A stretch of DNA of 64,000 bases from Octopus sinensis. Its lineage: Eukaryota. The DNA is taken from assembly GCF_006345805.1 (NCBI RefSeq), contig NC_042998.1:68510001-68574000 (forward strand), written 5' to 3'. Position 1 is the first letter of the stretch. Each line of letters opens with the position of its first letter. A program made the translations under genes and the position numbers. The notes beneath the pieces are model-generated. The model made no database searches, was not told where the DNA came from, and saw only the letters and a list, made by a program, of their open reading frames with translations. Below, one piece after another: positions 51,824 through 64,000 of the stretch.

Positions 51824-53169
51824 GCGCTGCAAAATTACCTAAAGTGGGGATCATATTATCCTTAAACGAAAAATGGATATTTTGTATATTACGCGTCTCT
51901 ACACAACTTCTTACTAATTATTACCAATGAAGGAAATTGTATAAAGTGATTTGATCTGCGGCGATTAACAGTGAAAACTCGTTTAAATGAAGCCCATTGT
52001 CTTAAAAATGTATAAATTCGATAAAATAGTCCTAAATATATGTCTGAAAAGTAGGAATGTTCATAATGTGGATGCTGGTCGAATGACGTAAACAAAACCA
52101 GAAATAGTGTTCCTAGTTATGTCTGGATGCAAGAGAAACGTGTATCATGGCCTAATTATTCGGTCGACCAAGTGCGTGCCTCAAACCGGCTGAAACATAA
52201 CTGAACTGGGACTACACAGCAATAATAACAATAACAAAGGAGGCTTCCATGTGGTCGTCCCTTCTGCTAGAAATAGTAATCAACTCACAATTCGGGAAAG
52301 TGATGTGTGTATCCAGGATAGAGTAATCCTAAATACATTAAGCTTTAAATAGACAGAATGGTCACGGGTGGAGCATTTTTAAGCATAAGATTGTTTAATC
52401 AGGGTTGATGCGAAATTAAACAACAACAACAACAGCAGCAGCAATAGGTGAACCAATGAGTGTGCCTCTACGAACTGAACGAAATAGAAACCAAACTCCT
52501 TCATATCACATACTACCACCTTAATACTGGAAGACCACATTGAACAATATAGTCGTAGACGAGATGGTAATAACCGAAATAGCCTTGACTATAGGTCCGT
52601 TGGATCAGAACGGACTTGGGGATTAAACAACAATAACAAGACCAACAATGAATTATCAACTGTTACATCCTCAGTCCCGTCTACTGCTACTACAAAGTTA
52701 TCTGTTCTGCTGAACCATCCAGCCGTTCTATTATACATTATCTGTGTTTTTATTTCTACATTCCACAAAAAGTCCATTACTACCTTCATCTTTCTTCTCT
52801 ATAATCACATAAACACATTCAAATAGTGCCGTGTGTGTGTGTATTCTATTTGCGTGTATCCTTATGTCTGTTTTTGATTCCCCACAATCGCTTGGTTTGT
52901 TTATGTCTCAACAACTTACCAGTTCGATAAAAGAGAGCGATAGAATAAGTACAAGGCTGTCGATTTGTTCGACTAAACCCTTCAAATTGGTGTTTCAGAA
53001 TAGCTGCAGTCCAATGACTGAAACAAGCAAAAGATAAAATATATATGAGAGACAGACAGACAGACAGAGAAATACTCTCAAGGAATTCAGGACAGATTCT
53101 CAAAAGAGTTTATACTCGATACAAATAGATATATTCAAATACAAGTTTATACTTGATACAAATAAATAT

Positions 53170-53800
53170 ATACAAATACCAGGTGCCGCAATGGAGACAA
53201 AAGTCACACCAACGTTTACGACACTAGTAATGAGATATCTGAAAGAAAACCTTTATGCCATGTCTATGGTATAGATTTTTTTTATCATCATTTCCAAACC
53301 TAACTACTGAGGAACTGGAAAAGATTCTTGGATAACTGCTTCATATTTTGAAGCATTCATGAATCGGTCAAGTTCACTATGGAAATGAATGGAAAGGAAC
53401 TCTCTTTACTAGAAATTCTAATAATTAAATAAAATGTGACAGTTACGACCGATCTCTACTGAAAATACATAGATACACACCACTGTTTACATTTGAGATC
53501 TTGCCACCCTTCCCACATAAAAAGAAACATACCATTCAATAGGACAAAGCGTATGTTTTCAATAGTTACAAACACAAATGAACGAGAGAAACGACTGGTA
53601 GAACAAAATATGTTACTCCAAAATGCTAATAAGTTCTGCCATAACCAAAGCAAAAGAAATACCGATCTCTGCCTTACAGAGAAGTACTCACACTGAGGCT
53701 GCAAAAATATATATACAAATATAAATATTCCATTTGTAATCCTAAGAATCACAACATCATACATTCAGCTAAACGATACCTCACAATTCCACATTAATCA
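53170..53800 (+). mobile_element. Penelope-like element remnant (RT C-terminus)
   Basis: GAAMETKVTPTF..., SCHPSHIKRNIPFNRTKRMFSIV and DLCLTEK fragments resemble PLE RT/GIY-YIG regions. Confidence 0.65.
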
Positions 53801-54119
53801 TCAAATCTTCGACAAATAATTCTTAAAAAATCGCAAATCATCAACAGCCGAAGACAACCATCAAATCTCATGAGACTCCTAACAAGGGCGAGATTCACAT
53901 CTTATGTTATAGGAATTCTAGATCTGAAATAGTCACTACCATTACTAGAATCAACTTCCTCTATACGCATTGGCCCAGAACATGAGTATTTGAATGACGA
54001 AAGCCCTTACACATAAAATACACATTATACACAAATTTAGTGACATTCTGTTAAATAAAAAATTTAATTAACACTAATTAGTAATAAGCTATACTTGCAA
54101 ATTATTTATTTATAAATAC

Positions 54120-54490
54120 AGTCGTGTCACTCAGTCGGTCACGACGACGAGGGTTCCAGTTGATCCGATCAACGGAACAGCCTGCTCGTGAAATTAACGT
54201 GCAAGTGGCTGAGCACTCCACAGACCCGTGTACTTTTAATGTAGTTCTTGGGGAGATTCAGCATGACACAGAATGTGACAAGGCTGGTCCTTTGTATTAC
54301 AGGTACAACAGAAACGGGAAGAAAGAGTGAGAGAAAGAATACAGTCGGGTTCGCCACCGCCCCTGCCAGAGCCTCGTGGAGCTTTAGGCGTTTTCGTTCA
54401 ATAAACATTCACAACGCCCAGTCTGGGAATCGAAACCGCGATCCTACAACCGCGAGTCCGATGCTCTAGCCACTGGGCCACTGCGCCACT
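54120..54490 (-). mobile_element. Second tRNA-derived SINE family (partial copy also at 45400-45545)
   Basis: Minus-strand head GGCGCAGTGGCCCAGTGGCTAG...GGTTTCGATTCCC with A/B boxes, repeated in the window. Confidence 0.7.
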
Positions 54491-54537
54491 ACATAACTAG
54501 AATAACAGTAAAGATATCAACTTTCAACATTATTATG

Positions 54538-54634
<97 letters not shown>

Positions 54635-55208
54635 AGGCGGTGAACTGGCAGAGTCGTTAGCACGCTGGACGAAATGCTTTGCTGTATTTCGCCGTCGCTA
54701 CGTTCTGAGTTCAAATTCCGCCGAGGTCGACTTTACCTTTTTTCCTTTCGGGGTCGATAAATTAAGTACCAGCGAAACACTGGGGTCGATGTAATCGACT
54801 AGTCCCCTCCCCACAAATTTCAGGCCTGGTGCATTTACAGGAAAGGATTATTATTATTCATTTTGCTGCTGCTGTTGTTGTTGTAATTAGCCATTTATAG
54901 CGTGGCAAATTTGGCATTAGATGAAAATGTGTGGTGACCCCTTTTCTTGGTGTCCGAAACATTTGTTTTGTTTAATGACTAATTTGGGAACTCAACACGC
55001 GTGCGCGCACGAATATATAATTACGGTTGAAAAGAATAGGAATTGGCGTAGTTCATGGTTAAAAACAGGACTGTGGTAATTTGTGGAGGGATGAGTGGGT
55101 TGGAAGTGTCTGAGTGGTGGAGATAAGAGACCAACCAACGTCGAGGATCAGAGGCCATGTGACCTCGAACATCATCAAATAAGAGCAAAAGTTTATCAAT
55201 ATTATAAA

Positions 55209-55870
55209 GGCCGCGAGCTGGCAGAAACGTTAGCACGCCGGGCGAAATGCGTAGCCGTATTTCGTCTGCCGTTACATTTTGAGTTCAAATTCCGCCGAGG
55301 TCGACTTTGCCTTTCATCCTTTCGGGGTCGATTAAATAAGTAGCAGTTACGCACTGGGGTCGATATAATCGACTTAATCCGTTTGTCTGTCCTTGTTCGT
55401 CCTCTCTGTGTTTAGCCTCATGTGGGTAGTAAAGAAATAGGTATTTCGTCTGCCGCTACATTCTGAGTTCGAATTCCCACGAGGTCGACTTTGCCTGTCA
55501 TCCTTTCGGGGTCGGTTAAATAAGTACTAGTTAGGCACTGGGGTCGGTGTAATCGGTATTTCGTCTGCCGTTAAGTTCTAAGTTCAAATTCCGCCGATCT
55601 TTTTGGGGTCGATAAATTAAGTACCAGTTGCGTACTGGGGTCGATCTAATTGACTGACCCTCTCCCCCAAAATTTTCGGGCCTTGTGCCTAGAGTAGAAA
55701 AGAATATTATAGAGATGTTTTACGTTTTGAGTTCAAATTCCGCCGAGGTCGACCTTGCCTTTCATCCTTTCGGGGTCGATAAATTAAGTACCAGTTGCGT
55801 ACTGGGGTCGATCTAATCGACTGACCCTCTCCCCCAAAATTTCGGGCCTTGTGTCTAGAGTAGAAAAGAA
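55209..55870 (+). mobile_element. Tandem chain of tRNA-derived SINE units
   Basis: One head followed by repeated GTATTTCGTCTGCC...GAGTTCAAATTCCGCCGAGGTCGAC bodies. Confidence 0.8.
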
Positions 55871-57789
55871 TATCATAGAGATGTGCTTTTCTAGAATACA
55901 GGAATCACCACGTTACGGAAGAGCTGCACGAAGAAATCTCTCCTGAAAAATCTTGATACAATATTGAGTTCTGTAATGCGAAACATAGTTTACCTTTGAT
56001 TTTACTATCGTACGAAAATCAATGACCATGATATTTATACGTTTCATGTTACGGCAAGATTTTCATGATTCCGTTGCTTTGGTAACGAATTGGGTGTGGG
56101 GTATCTATACTCGTACCTCAGTTATATGTTTATTCTGTTCTGAATTAACTGGAAATGTCACTTGACCCGTTAAAAACTGCCACCAGATCTCTCTCAAATC
56201 ATACCCCTATCACATTAAACAATGTAGTCTTAGATATCCTCGCCCGCAACAATAAAGACGGATTGACCACGGATGGAATGCTTCTCGATCAGGTTAGTCT
56301 AGTGACTCAGTTCATTTGACTTCCCATGTGATTGGAAAGCAAACTTCTTACCGCGCAGCCACGCCTGCGCCCTGGTAAACGGAGGCCGAGGAAACTGGTG
56401 CTGGAGGGTTTGAGTGAGCTAAAGGGATATTGGATAGTTTGTGCGCATATTATTTGGATAAGACAAGAGAAATCTGACGGGTCACTATCTTGGTCTCTCT
56501 ACGGACTCTCCATTTCCGTGAGTTACTCATTATCGTTGCTGTTTCATTTCTCATACCCTATCAATAGCATCTGCAATGTCATCCTTAATTCCATTCCATC
56601 ACAGACCAATCATATTCTCCCGATTACAGCTGTAACGAACCTCCTCTCCAAATAAAGATCCTTTGTATTATAGAATTACCTACAGATGACCAATATTCAT
56701 TATTTACATTTGACGGATATTTTTCCTCATCTTGTTTGTTGTTAACACAGCGTTTCGGCTGATATGCCCTCCAAGCTTCATCAGGTGTCTTGGGGAAATT
56801 TCGAACTTGGGTTCTCATTTCTAAGGTATTTTTCGATGTTGTGTTAACAACAAACAAGTTGAGGACAAATATCTGCCAAATGTAAACAATGTAAATAATG
56901 TACATAATTCCTCATCTCTCAAATATAGAACTGTAATATCCAATATTGATTCCAAATTTGGCTCAAGGCCAGCGATTTCGAGGGAGCGAGAAAGGTGATG
57001 GCATTGACCCCAGTACTCAACTGGCACTTATTTTATCGGCCCCGAAAGGATGAAAGACAAAGTAGGCCTCGACGGAATTTGAACTCAGAACGTAATGAGC
57101 CAGACGAAATACCGCTAAATACTTTGCTCGGTGTGCCACCGAGTCTGCCAGTGCGACGTCTTATCGTGATTGCTGCGCATTATCATGAAATTGTCTCAGT
57201 GCAGAGAAGTGGAAACTTTTGGTTGGTCTTTGAGAAAATGATAACCCTAATCCTAAGACCCTGAATAGGGGTGGCATGATACCACGCAGCTCTACTGAGT
57301 AGGGGGCAGGCAGAGGAGAGAGACAATGCGTCAGAAGGCCGGAGTGTCTTCGATAACGAAATCATACAAGATCAGACGAGTGGCTTCACTTTGCCTTTCA
57401 TCCTTTCGAGGTCGATGAAGTAAGTACCTGTTGAGCACTGGGGTCGAGGTAATCGACTTGTCTCTTCCTCAAAATTTCAGGTCTTGTGCTTATAATAGAA
57501 AAATGTGGCAAGAATGGTCCGAGTGTACGGGCCTACTCTAAGCATACACCTGTAGACTGAATGAAGATGATGTGGAAAGACCACTTGCCTTTCTGGTCAG
57601 GACGACCGTGGCTTTGTAGGGTCTCCACGAACAGTTCTAGGAAGTCTCCGTCTTTTGAGGAACTTTTCGCTGTTAGAATTTATATTCATATCGTTTTTAC
57701 TTTTTACAAAATTCTTCATGTAATTTCACATTGTATTATTCTGTACCGTTCCAATATTTTTTATGAACTCCTAGTGGTAAATAAAAGAT

Positions 57790-58330
57790 TATTATTATGC
57801 TAGTGTAATCTAATTTAATTAGCAGATATTTTATTTTGATGTGTGGTAATAACATGTCTCTTCAGATCTTAACAATCTGTCTTGGGATTCTTGCATATAT
57901 AGGATCGTATTTTTCTACAGGTCGACAATGCGAGTTTCAATTCCAATTTATTCCAGTCTTTTAAGAAACATTCTGGATGTTGTGCCAAATGCACCGATTA
58001 CTACAGGAATAATTATTGTCTCGATCTTCCACAGTCTCTTAACTACATTCTGATATTTCTCAGTGTTTTTCGATCTCTTTGGTATCGACCCTGCTATCAT
58101 AGGGAATGGCAAAATCTATGATTTGACACTGTTCATTTTGTCCTTTATGATCCGGTCTTCTTGCTTCAATAGTATAGTCAGTCTTAATGGGGAAACTCCA
58201 CATAATCTTGTAATTATCATTTTCTATCACATCCTCTGGTTCCTCTTCATACCGCTTTTCTGTTGTTTTGAACCCAAACACTCGACTAAAATTCAAATAT
58301 ATTCAATGTAGAAATGCAGTCTGCATTATA
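57790..58330 (-). mobile_element. R4/Dong-like restriction-like endonuclease remnant
   Basis: ENDNYKIMWSFPIKTD...ARRPD...IIDFAIPYD...KEIEK (RPD...D...EK pattern); abuts (ATT)n. Confidence 0.7.
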
Positions 58331-58355
58331 CTCCTTTTGTGCTAATATACTAGTA

Positions 58356-58401
<46 letters not shown>

Positions 58402-58674
58402 GAGTGAGAGAGTGACGCGTGCCATCAAAGTGACACCGAGGTAAAATATACGAAGCACAGTATACCCATCATGACTACACGTACGATACAGGCACAGCAG
58501 GTACATGCATCGCAACCATATTTGCGCGACATGCTGCTCAAGATAAACAGCGCATGACCTTGCAGGTGGAGTCCAGTTATAATAATAATAATAATATAAT
58601 AATAATAATAATGATACAGTAAATATTCTGCTCAATACCACAGATTTGCTTGTCAGTTATTTGACCTTAACCAT

Positions 58675-59106
58675 TTGAGCATGTCCCTTAGTGGCTGACG
58701 ATACGTGCATCTCTGATCACGAGCAGAAGTAGTGGGGGAGCATCATAGCCATGTGTTGAAAGGAATTCTTGGAGGTTTGGATGATTCACCTTTGGAAACA
58801 TGGGTGTTTCGTTCATCATCCTTAAATAACTGTTATTCAAGAACCTATTGAGCGGGATGGGCTACTCGACCTGAAGAAAATTCTAACTGGGCCCCACCTC
58901 CAAGGTCATGCGCTGTTTATCCTGATATGAGATCACCATGTCGCGTACATATGGTTGTGATGCATGTGCCTGGTGTGCCCTTATCAGACGGGTAGTCATG
59001 ATGGGTATATTGGGCTTCGTATATTTTACCCCAGTGTCACTTTGATGATATGCACTGCTCTCTCACTCAATAATAATAATAATGATGATGATGATGACTA
59101 TGATGA

Positions 59107-59195
<89 letters not shown>

Positions 59196-59591
59196 TTGAG
59201 TGAGAGAGCACTGCATACCATCAAAGTGACACTGGGGTAAAATATACGAAGCCCAATATACCCATTATGACTACCCGTCTGATAAGGGTACACCAGGCAC
59301 ATGCATCACAACCATACGTGCGCGACATGGTGATCTCATATCAAGATAAACAGCGCATGACCTTGCAGGTGGGGCCCAGTTAGAATTTTCTTCAGGTCGA
59401 GTAGCCCATCCCGCTCAATAGGTTCTTGAATAATAGTTATTTAAGGATGATGAACGAAACACCCATATTTTCAGAGGTGAATTATTCAAACCCCAAAGAA
59501 TTCCTATCAACACACGGCTATGATACTCCCCCACTACTTCTGCTTGTGATTAGAGATGCACATATCGTCAGCCACTAAGGGACATGTTCAA
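58675..59591. repeat. Two 396-bp copies of a non-autonomous element in inverted orientation around a microsatellite loop
   Basis: 58675-59070 (-) and 59196-59591 (+); a third partial copy lies at ~58400-58580. Confidence 0.85.
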
Positions 59592-59608
59592 CTACTAGTA
59601 GTAGTATT

Positions 59609-59667
<59 letters not shown>

Positions 59668-59848
59668 CAAACTTCACTCTTTTGTGTGCTGTATTTCGTC
59701 TTTTGATTTAGTGCACAATGTCTTGGCCCCTCTAACCAATAAAGGGAGCCATCATCATCATTATTATTGTTACTGTTGTTGTTTATTTATGCTATTAAAG
59801 AACTTACCATAAACCTAATTGTGTTTTATTTTCTCTTTTATTCTTCAG

Positions 59849-60350
59849 ATCTTTCGATGAATACCTTTCTGGCTTCGGCAATTTCTCAGGAGAATTCTTC
59901 GTTGGTTTAGAAAATCTTCATCGTATGACCCTCAGTCAGTCCTACACTCTACGAGTTGACGTCAAAAGCGCCGCTGGCAAATGGTATTTTGCTGTGTTCA
60001 ACAATTTTGCAGTGTCTGATGAGACTGACCAATTCCGTCTCAAATTAGGCAACATGACAGCTAGCAATACCGATGACGTTATGGATCAATCACGTGACAA
60101 ACCCTTCAGTACTTATGATCGTGACAACGACGATTGGTCAGGTGGTAACTGCGCTCAACATTTCCGAGGCGGATGGTGGTCGGGTAACTGTATCACGAAT
60201 CTCAACCAAATGTGGTGCAGCAACGGCTGTTTGAGATGGGGTGACACCCGCGTGGTCTCTTCTATAATGCGCATTCGACCGACATCCACCGCTGATCCTG
60301 ACGATATGACTGAAACCCCTAATCCAGTCGGTTTCTCAATCAAAGCATAA
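59849..60350 (+). CDS. Fibrinogen C-terminal (FBG/FReD) domain, terminal exon
   Basis: TTCTTCAG acceptor (phase 2, completes AGA); SFDEYLSGFGNFSGEFFVGLENLHRMT...FSTYDRDNDDWSGGNCAQHFRGGWWSGNC...MRIRP...KA*. Confidence 0.95.
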
Positions 60351-60407
60351 ACTTAATTATTCAAGAACTGTTTAAGATGATTTTATAATTGCCTTTAATT
60401 AAAGAAC

Positions 60408-60413
60408 AATAAA
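60408..60413 (+). terminator. Candidate polyadenylation signal of the FReD gene
   Basis: AATAAA 58 nt after the stop codon. Confidence 0.6.
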
Positions 60414-61286
60414 TATTCAAAAATTCTAAATTCTACCACACCAGATCCTTTCGCCTTTCATATCTTCTGAAAGTCACACGCGTGACAACACACATTAAAA
60501 GTAATCACATCGAGTATATTAAATATATTAACGATGGTGGTTTGTTGATAACCACCACAATTCTGGACACGTAATTTCCGTTAAGTGGATTAAAAAACAA
60601 AGTTAAACATTTCTGAGAACAAGAATTAGGACGAAGAATATAAAAAATAAATTGGTAAATTAAGAACAAAAATAAAAGAAATAATAAATTATAGTTATAA
60701 ATAAATAAAAATCTAAAAGATAATGATAAAATTATTTCTCTGCAGTTGTATCTTTTGGCAAGAACAATTCTGTGTAAAACATGTAAAGTTGTTTAATTTT
60801 TTTCTCGTTCTTTTTCTTTCTGTGTGTATCGTTATTTTTTTAATAAGTATAACTGAAATAATTGGCATAAAATTCTTTGACGTACATTTCTCCGTGTATT
60901 AACCTTCAATGTGCTATAAAAACATATTTGAAAAACAACTTTCTTTTTTATTCAATCAGAACGATGCGAGTTATTTCCGTTGTTATTCATTGTTTTCCGT
61001 TCGTTTTATCATTCTTTATTTTGGTTATAAGAGAGTTAGGATGAAATGTTTTGCATTTTTTTCGCCTTGTTTCCTTCATATTTTTTCACAAAATAACCCG
61101 AAACGAACCACAAAACAACACGAAACAAAGCGCTGTTAATGGATTTTCCAAAAATAATTAATAATACGCATTATGTTGCGGTGAAAATGGCACAAATATA
61201 TGACACAGTTTTCGTTGACAGGACACCCTACTACTATCATAACTACCATCACTAACACTACTACTACAACCTTCATCGCTACAACA

Positions 61287-61377
<91 letters not shown>

Positions 61378-61849
61378 GGCTGTGTGGTAAGTAGCTTGTT
61401 ACGAACCAGATGGTTCCGGGTTCAGTCCCACTGCGTGGCACCTTAGGTAAGTGTCTTCTGCTATAGCCTCGGGCCGACCAAAGCCTTGTGAGTGGAGTTG
61501 GTAGACGGAAACTGAAAGAAGCTCGTTGTATATATGTATATATATATGTGTGTATGTGTGTGCGTGTGTGTGTGTATGTTTGTGTCTGTGTTTGTCCCCT
61601 CAACATCGCTTGACAACCGATGCTGGTGTGTTTGCGTCCCCGTAACTTAGCGGTTCGGCATAAGAGACCGATAGAATAAGTACTAAGCTTCCAAAGAATA
61701 AGTCCTGAGGATCGACTAGCTCGACTAAAGACGGTGCTCCGACATGGCCACAGGCAAATGACTGATACAAGTAAAAGAGTAAAAGAGAATAATAATAATA
61801 ATGGTTTCAAAATTTTCCACATGGACAGCAATTTTGCGGGTGGGGGTGA

Positions 61850-62575
61850 TGAGTCGATTACAGCGACTCCAGTATTTGACTGGTATTTATTTCATCGACC
61901 CCTGAAAGGATGAAAGGCGAAGTCGACCTCGGCGGAATTTTGAACTCAGAATGTAAGGACCCGACGAAATACCTATTTCTTTATTACCCACAAGGGGCTA
62001 AACACAGAGGGAACAAACAAGGACAGACATAGGTATTAAGTCGATTACATCGACCCCAGTGCGTAACTGGTACTTAATTTATCGACCCCGAAAGGATGAA
62101 AGGCAAAGTCGACCTCGGCGGAATTTGAACTCACAACGTAACGCAGACGAAATACCGCTAAGCATTTCGCCCGGCGTGCTAACGTTTCTACCAGCTCGCC
62201 GCCTTTTCTTACTTAATTTATCGACCCCGAAAGGATGAAAGGCAAAGTCGACCTCGGCGGAATTTGAACTCACAACGAAACCCGACGAAATACCTATTTC
62301 TTTATTACCCACAAGGGGCTAAACACAGAGGGGACAAACAAGGACAGACATAGGTATTAAGTCGATTTCATCGACCCCAGTGCGGAACTGGTACTTTTTT
62401 AATTTATCGACCCCGAAAGGATGAAAGGCAAAGTCGGCCTCGGCGGAATTTGAACTCAGAACATAGCGGCAAACGAAATATCTATTTCTTTATTACCCAC
62501 AAGGGGTTAAACACAGAGACGAAATACGGCTACGCATTTAGCCCGGCGTACTAACGATTCTGCCAGCTCGCCAAC
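61850..62575 (-). mobile_element. Tandem chain of tRNA-derived SINE units with nested tail insertions
   Basis: Tails ...GTGGGTAATAAAGAAATA repeatedly abut GTATTTCGTC on the minus strand. Confidence 0.8.
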
Positions 62576-64000
62576 ACTGAAAAGGCATAGTCTGAGAGCG
62601 TGGACTTCAGTCGGTCACGTTACCTCCTGGGTCCAGGAAGATAGCCTGTTTTACGTGATCCAGACCTTTATGAAATTATACAACTACTCTGCCTCTCCAT
62701 CTCTGTCGACTTGGAGTTACATATACCTTGTAGCTGTTGACGATGGGCGCGGATGCTCATGACTTGGAAATTCTGGTCACGTTGATGGCTACCACATCAA
62801 TATCTGGTAACCAGATATTACTTCCAAGTGAGCTTACTTCCAGTGAGCTTACTTCCAAGGCGACGGTAGCCCACATGCATTCACATTGACTATTCTGAAT
62901 AAATCTACATTTACATGAAAGGGGCAAAGTGAGAGTTAGTTGTGGGTGTTTCTACTAGGAAATTCTTTTGTTTACGGTTCCTCGCAAATCTTCCATTTCG
63001 TTGGGTTTTTAGTTTTTACTTTGTTGTAATTTCTTGCATTGATGTTTTAGCATTTGTGAGTTTGTTGACTTGTAATTTTTTTTGACATGATGAAGTCAAC
63101 ATTGGCAATGTATATAGATGGGATTCATTAATTGTTTTGTTACTTGTGCTTACTTTGCGTGGGAGTTGTGTTGGTGTAGCTTTGAATTATGTTGCGTTTA
63201 TCCTTGTAATATTGGTGGTATGTGATGGTAGTAGTGGTGGTGATGGCAGACGTGGTGGCGGTGGTGATGATGATGATGTTGATAGTATTAGTGTTGTTGC
63301 TGGAATGGGTGTTGGGGGTAGCGTTGTTTAAATGCATCTCAATCGTTCGATCGAATTTCCCGGGTTTTCGTTATCTTTTATTTGTTTCAGTCATTAGACT
63401 GTGGCCATGTTGGGGCAGCGGTATGAAGAATTTGTATTAGAATGAATCGACCCCTGTACTTATTTTGTTTTTATTAAAACCTGGTACTTATTCTATCAGT
63501 GTCTTTTGCCGAACCGCTAAGTTAAGGAAAGTAAACAAACCAGCACCGAGTGTCAAGCGTTAGTGGGGGACAGGCACAGACACAAAGACACACACACAAA
63601 CAAACATACACACACACACACACACACACACCACACACACACACATATATATATATATACACATATATATATATACGTACATACATACAAACATATATAT
63701 ATATGTACATACATATACACTCACACGCACACACACATACAACGGGATTCTTTCAGTTTCTGTATACCAAATCCACTCGCAAGGCTTTGATCGTAATGAG
63801 GGTATAGAAGAAGACACTTGCCAAGGGTGCCATGCTGTCGGACTGAACCTGGAACAACGCAGTCGGGAAGTAAGTTTCTTATCACTTTTTTTTATTGAAT
63901 GTTGAAACTCGAAACAAATAGACCAATAAATATAATGGCGTATGAAATTTCGGTCAAAACTCTTCAGATACAAAAAAATTGCAGGCTGCCACGGGCGTCT

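Overview
AT-rich, microsatellite- and SINE-dense animal genomic DNA. The repeat families look like octopus/coleoid cephalopod to me; this is recognition from memory, not a database hit. Two host loci lie on the + strand. (1) The 3' 11 exons of RBM28, a Nop4-like nucleolar RRM protein (166-17907), reconstruct in one unbroken frame with GT-AG boundaries. (2) A fibrinogen-related-domain (FReD/FBG) locus spans 31138-60350 and is the most interesting feature. Three large, divergent exons (A 31138-31630, B 33867-34395, C 35628-37119) each start with their own ATG and signal peptide. Each encodes a different low-complexity region plus a coiled-coil-like segment and ends in a strong phase-1 donor after a G. 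The only FBG exons in the window (48143-48290, 59849-60350) begin with a phase-1 acceptor that completes GAT (Asp) with any of the three. This suggests a 'variable first exon / constant exons' gene (protocadherin/UGT1-like logic) giving three secreted FReD chains of about 380, 392 and 713 aa. That splicing is inferred, not observed. Second, a Tx1/L1-like LINE and a tRNA-derived SINE share a 3' tail and repeatedly sit at the same GTATTTCGTC site inside the SINE's own head, which suggests self-targeted integration. Third, a Penelope-type tail carries a minimal hammerhead-like motif, and several long intronic foldbacks are present. The remainder is decayed RTE, R4/Dong, CR1, Penelope, piggyBac, mariner and hAT elements plus mini- and microsatellites.
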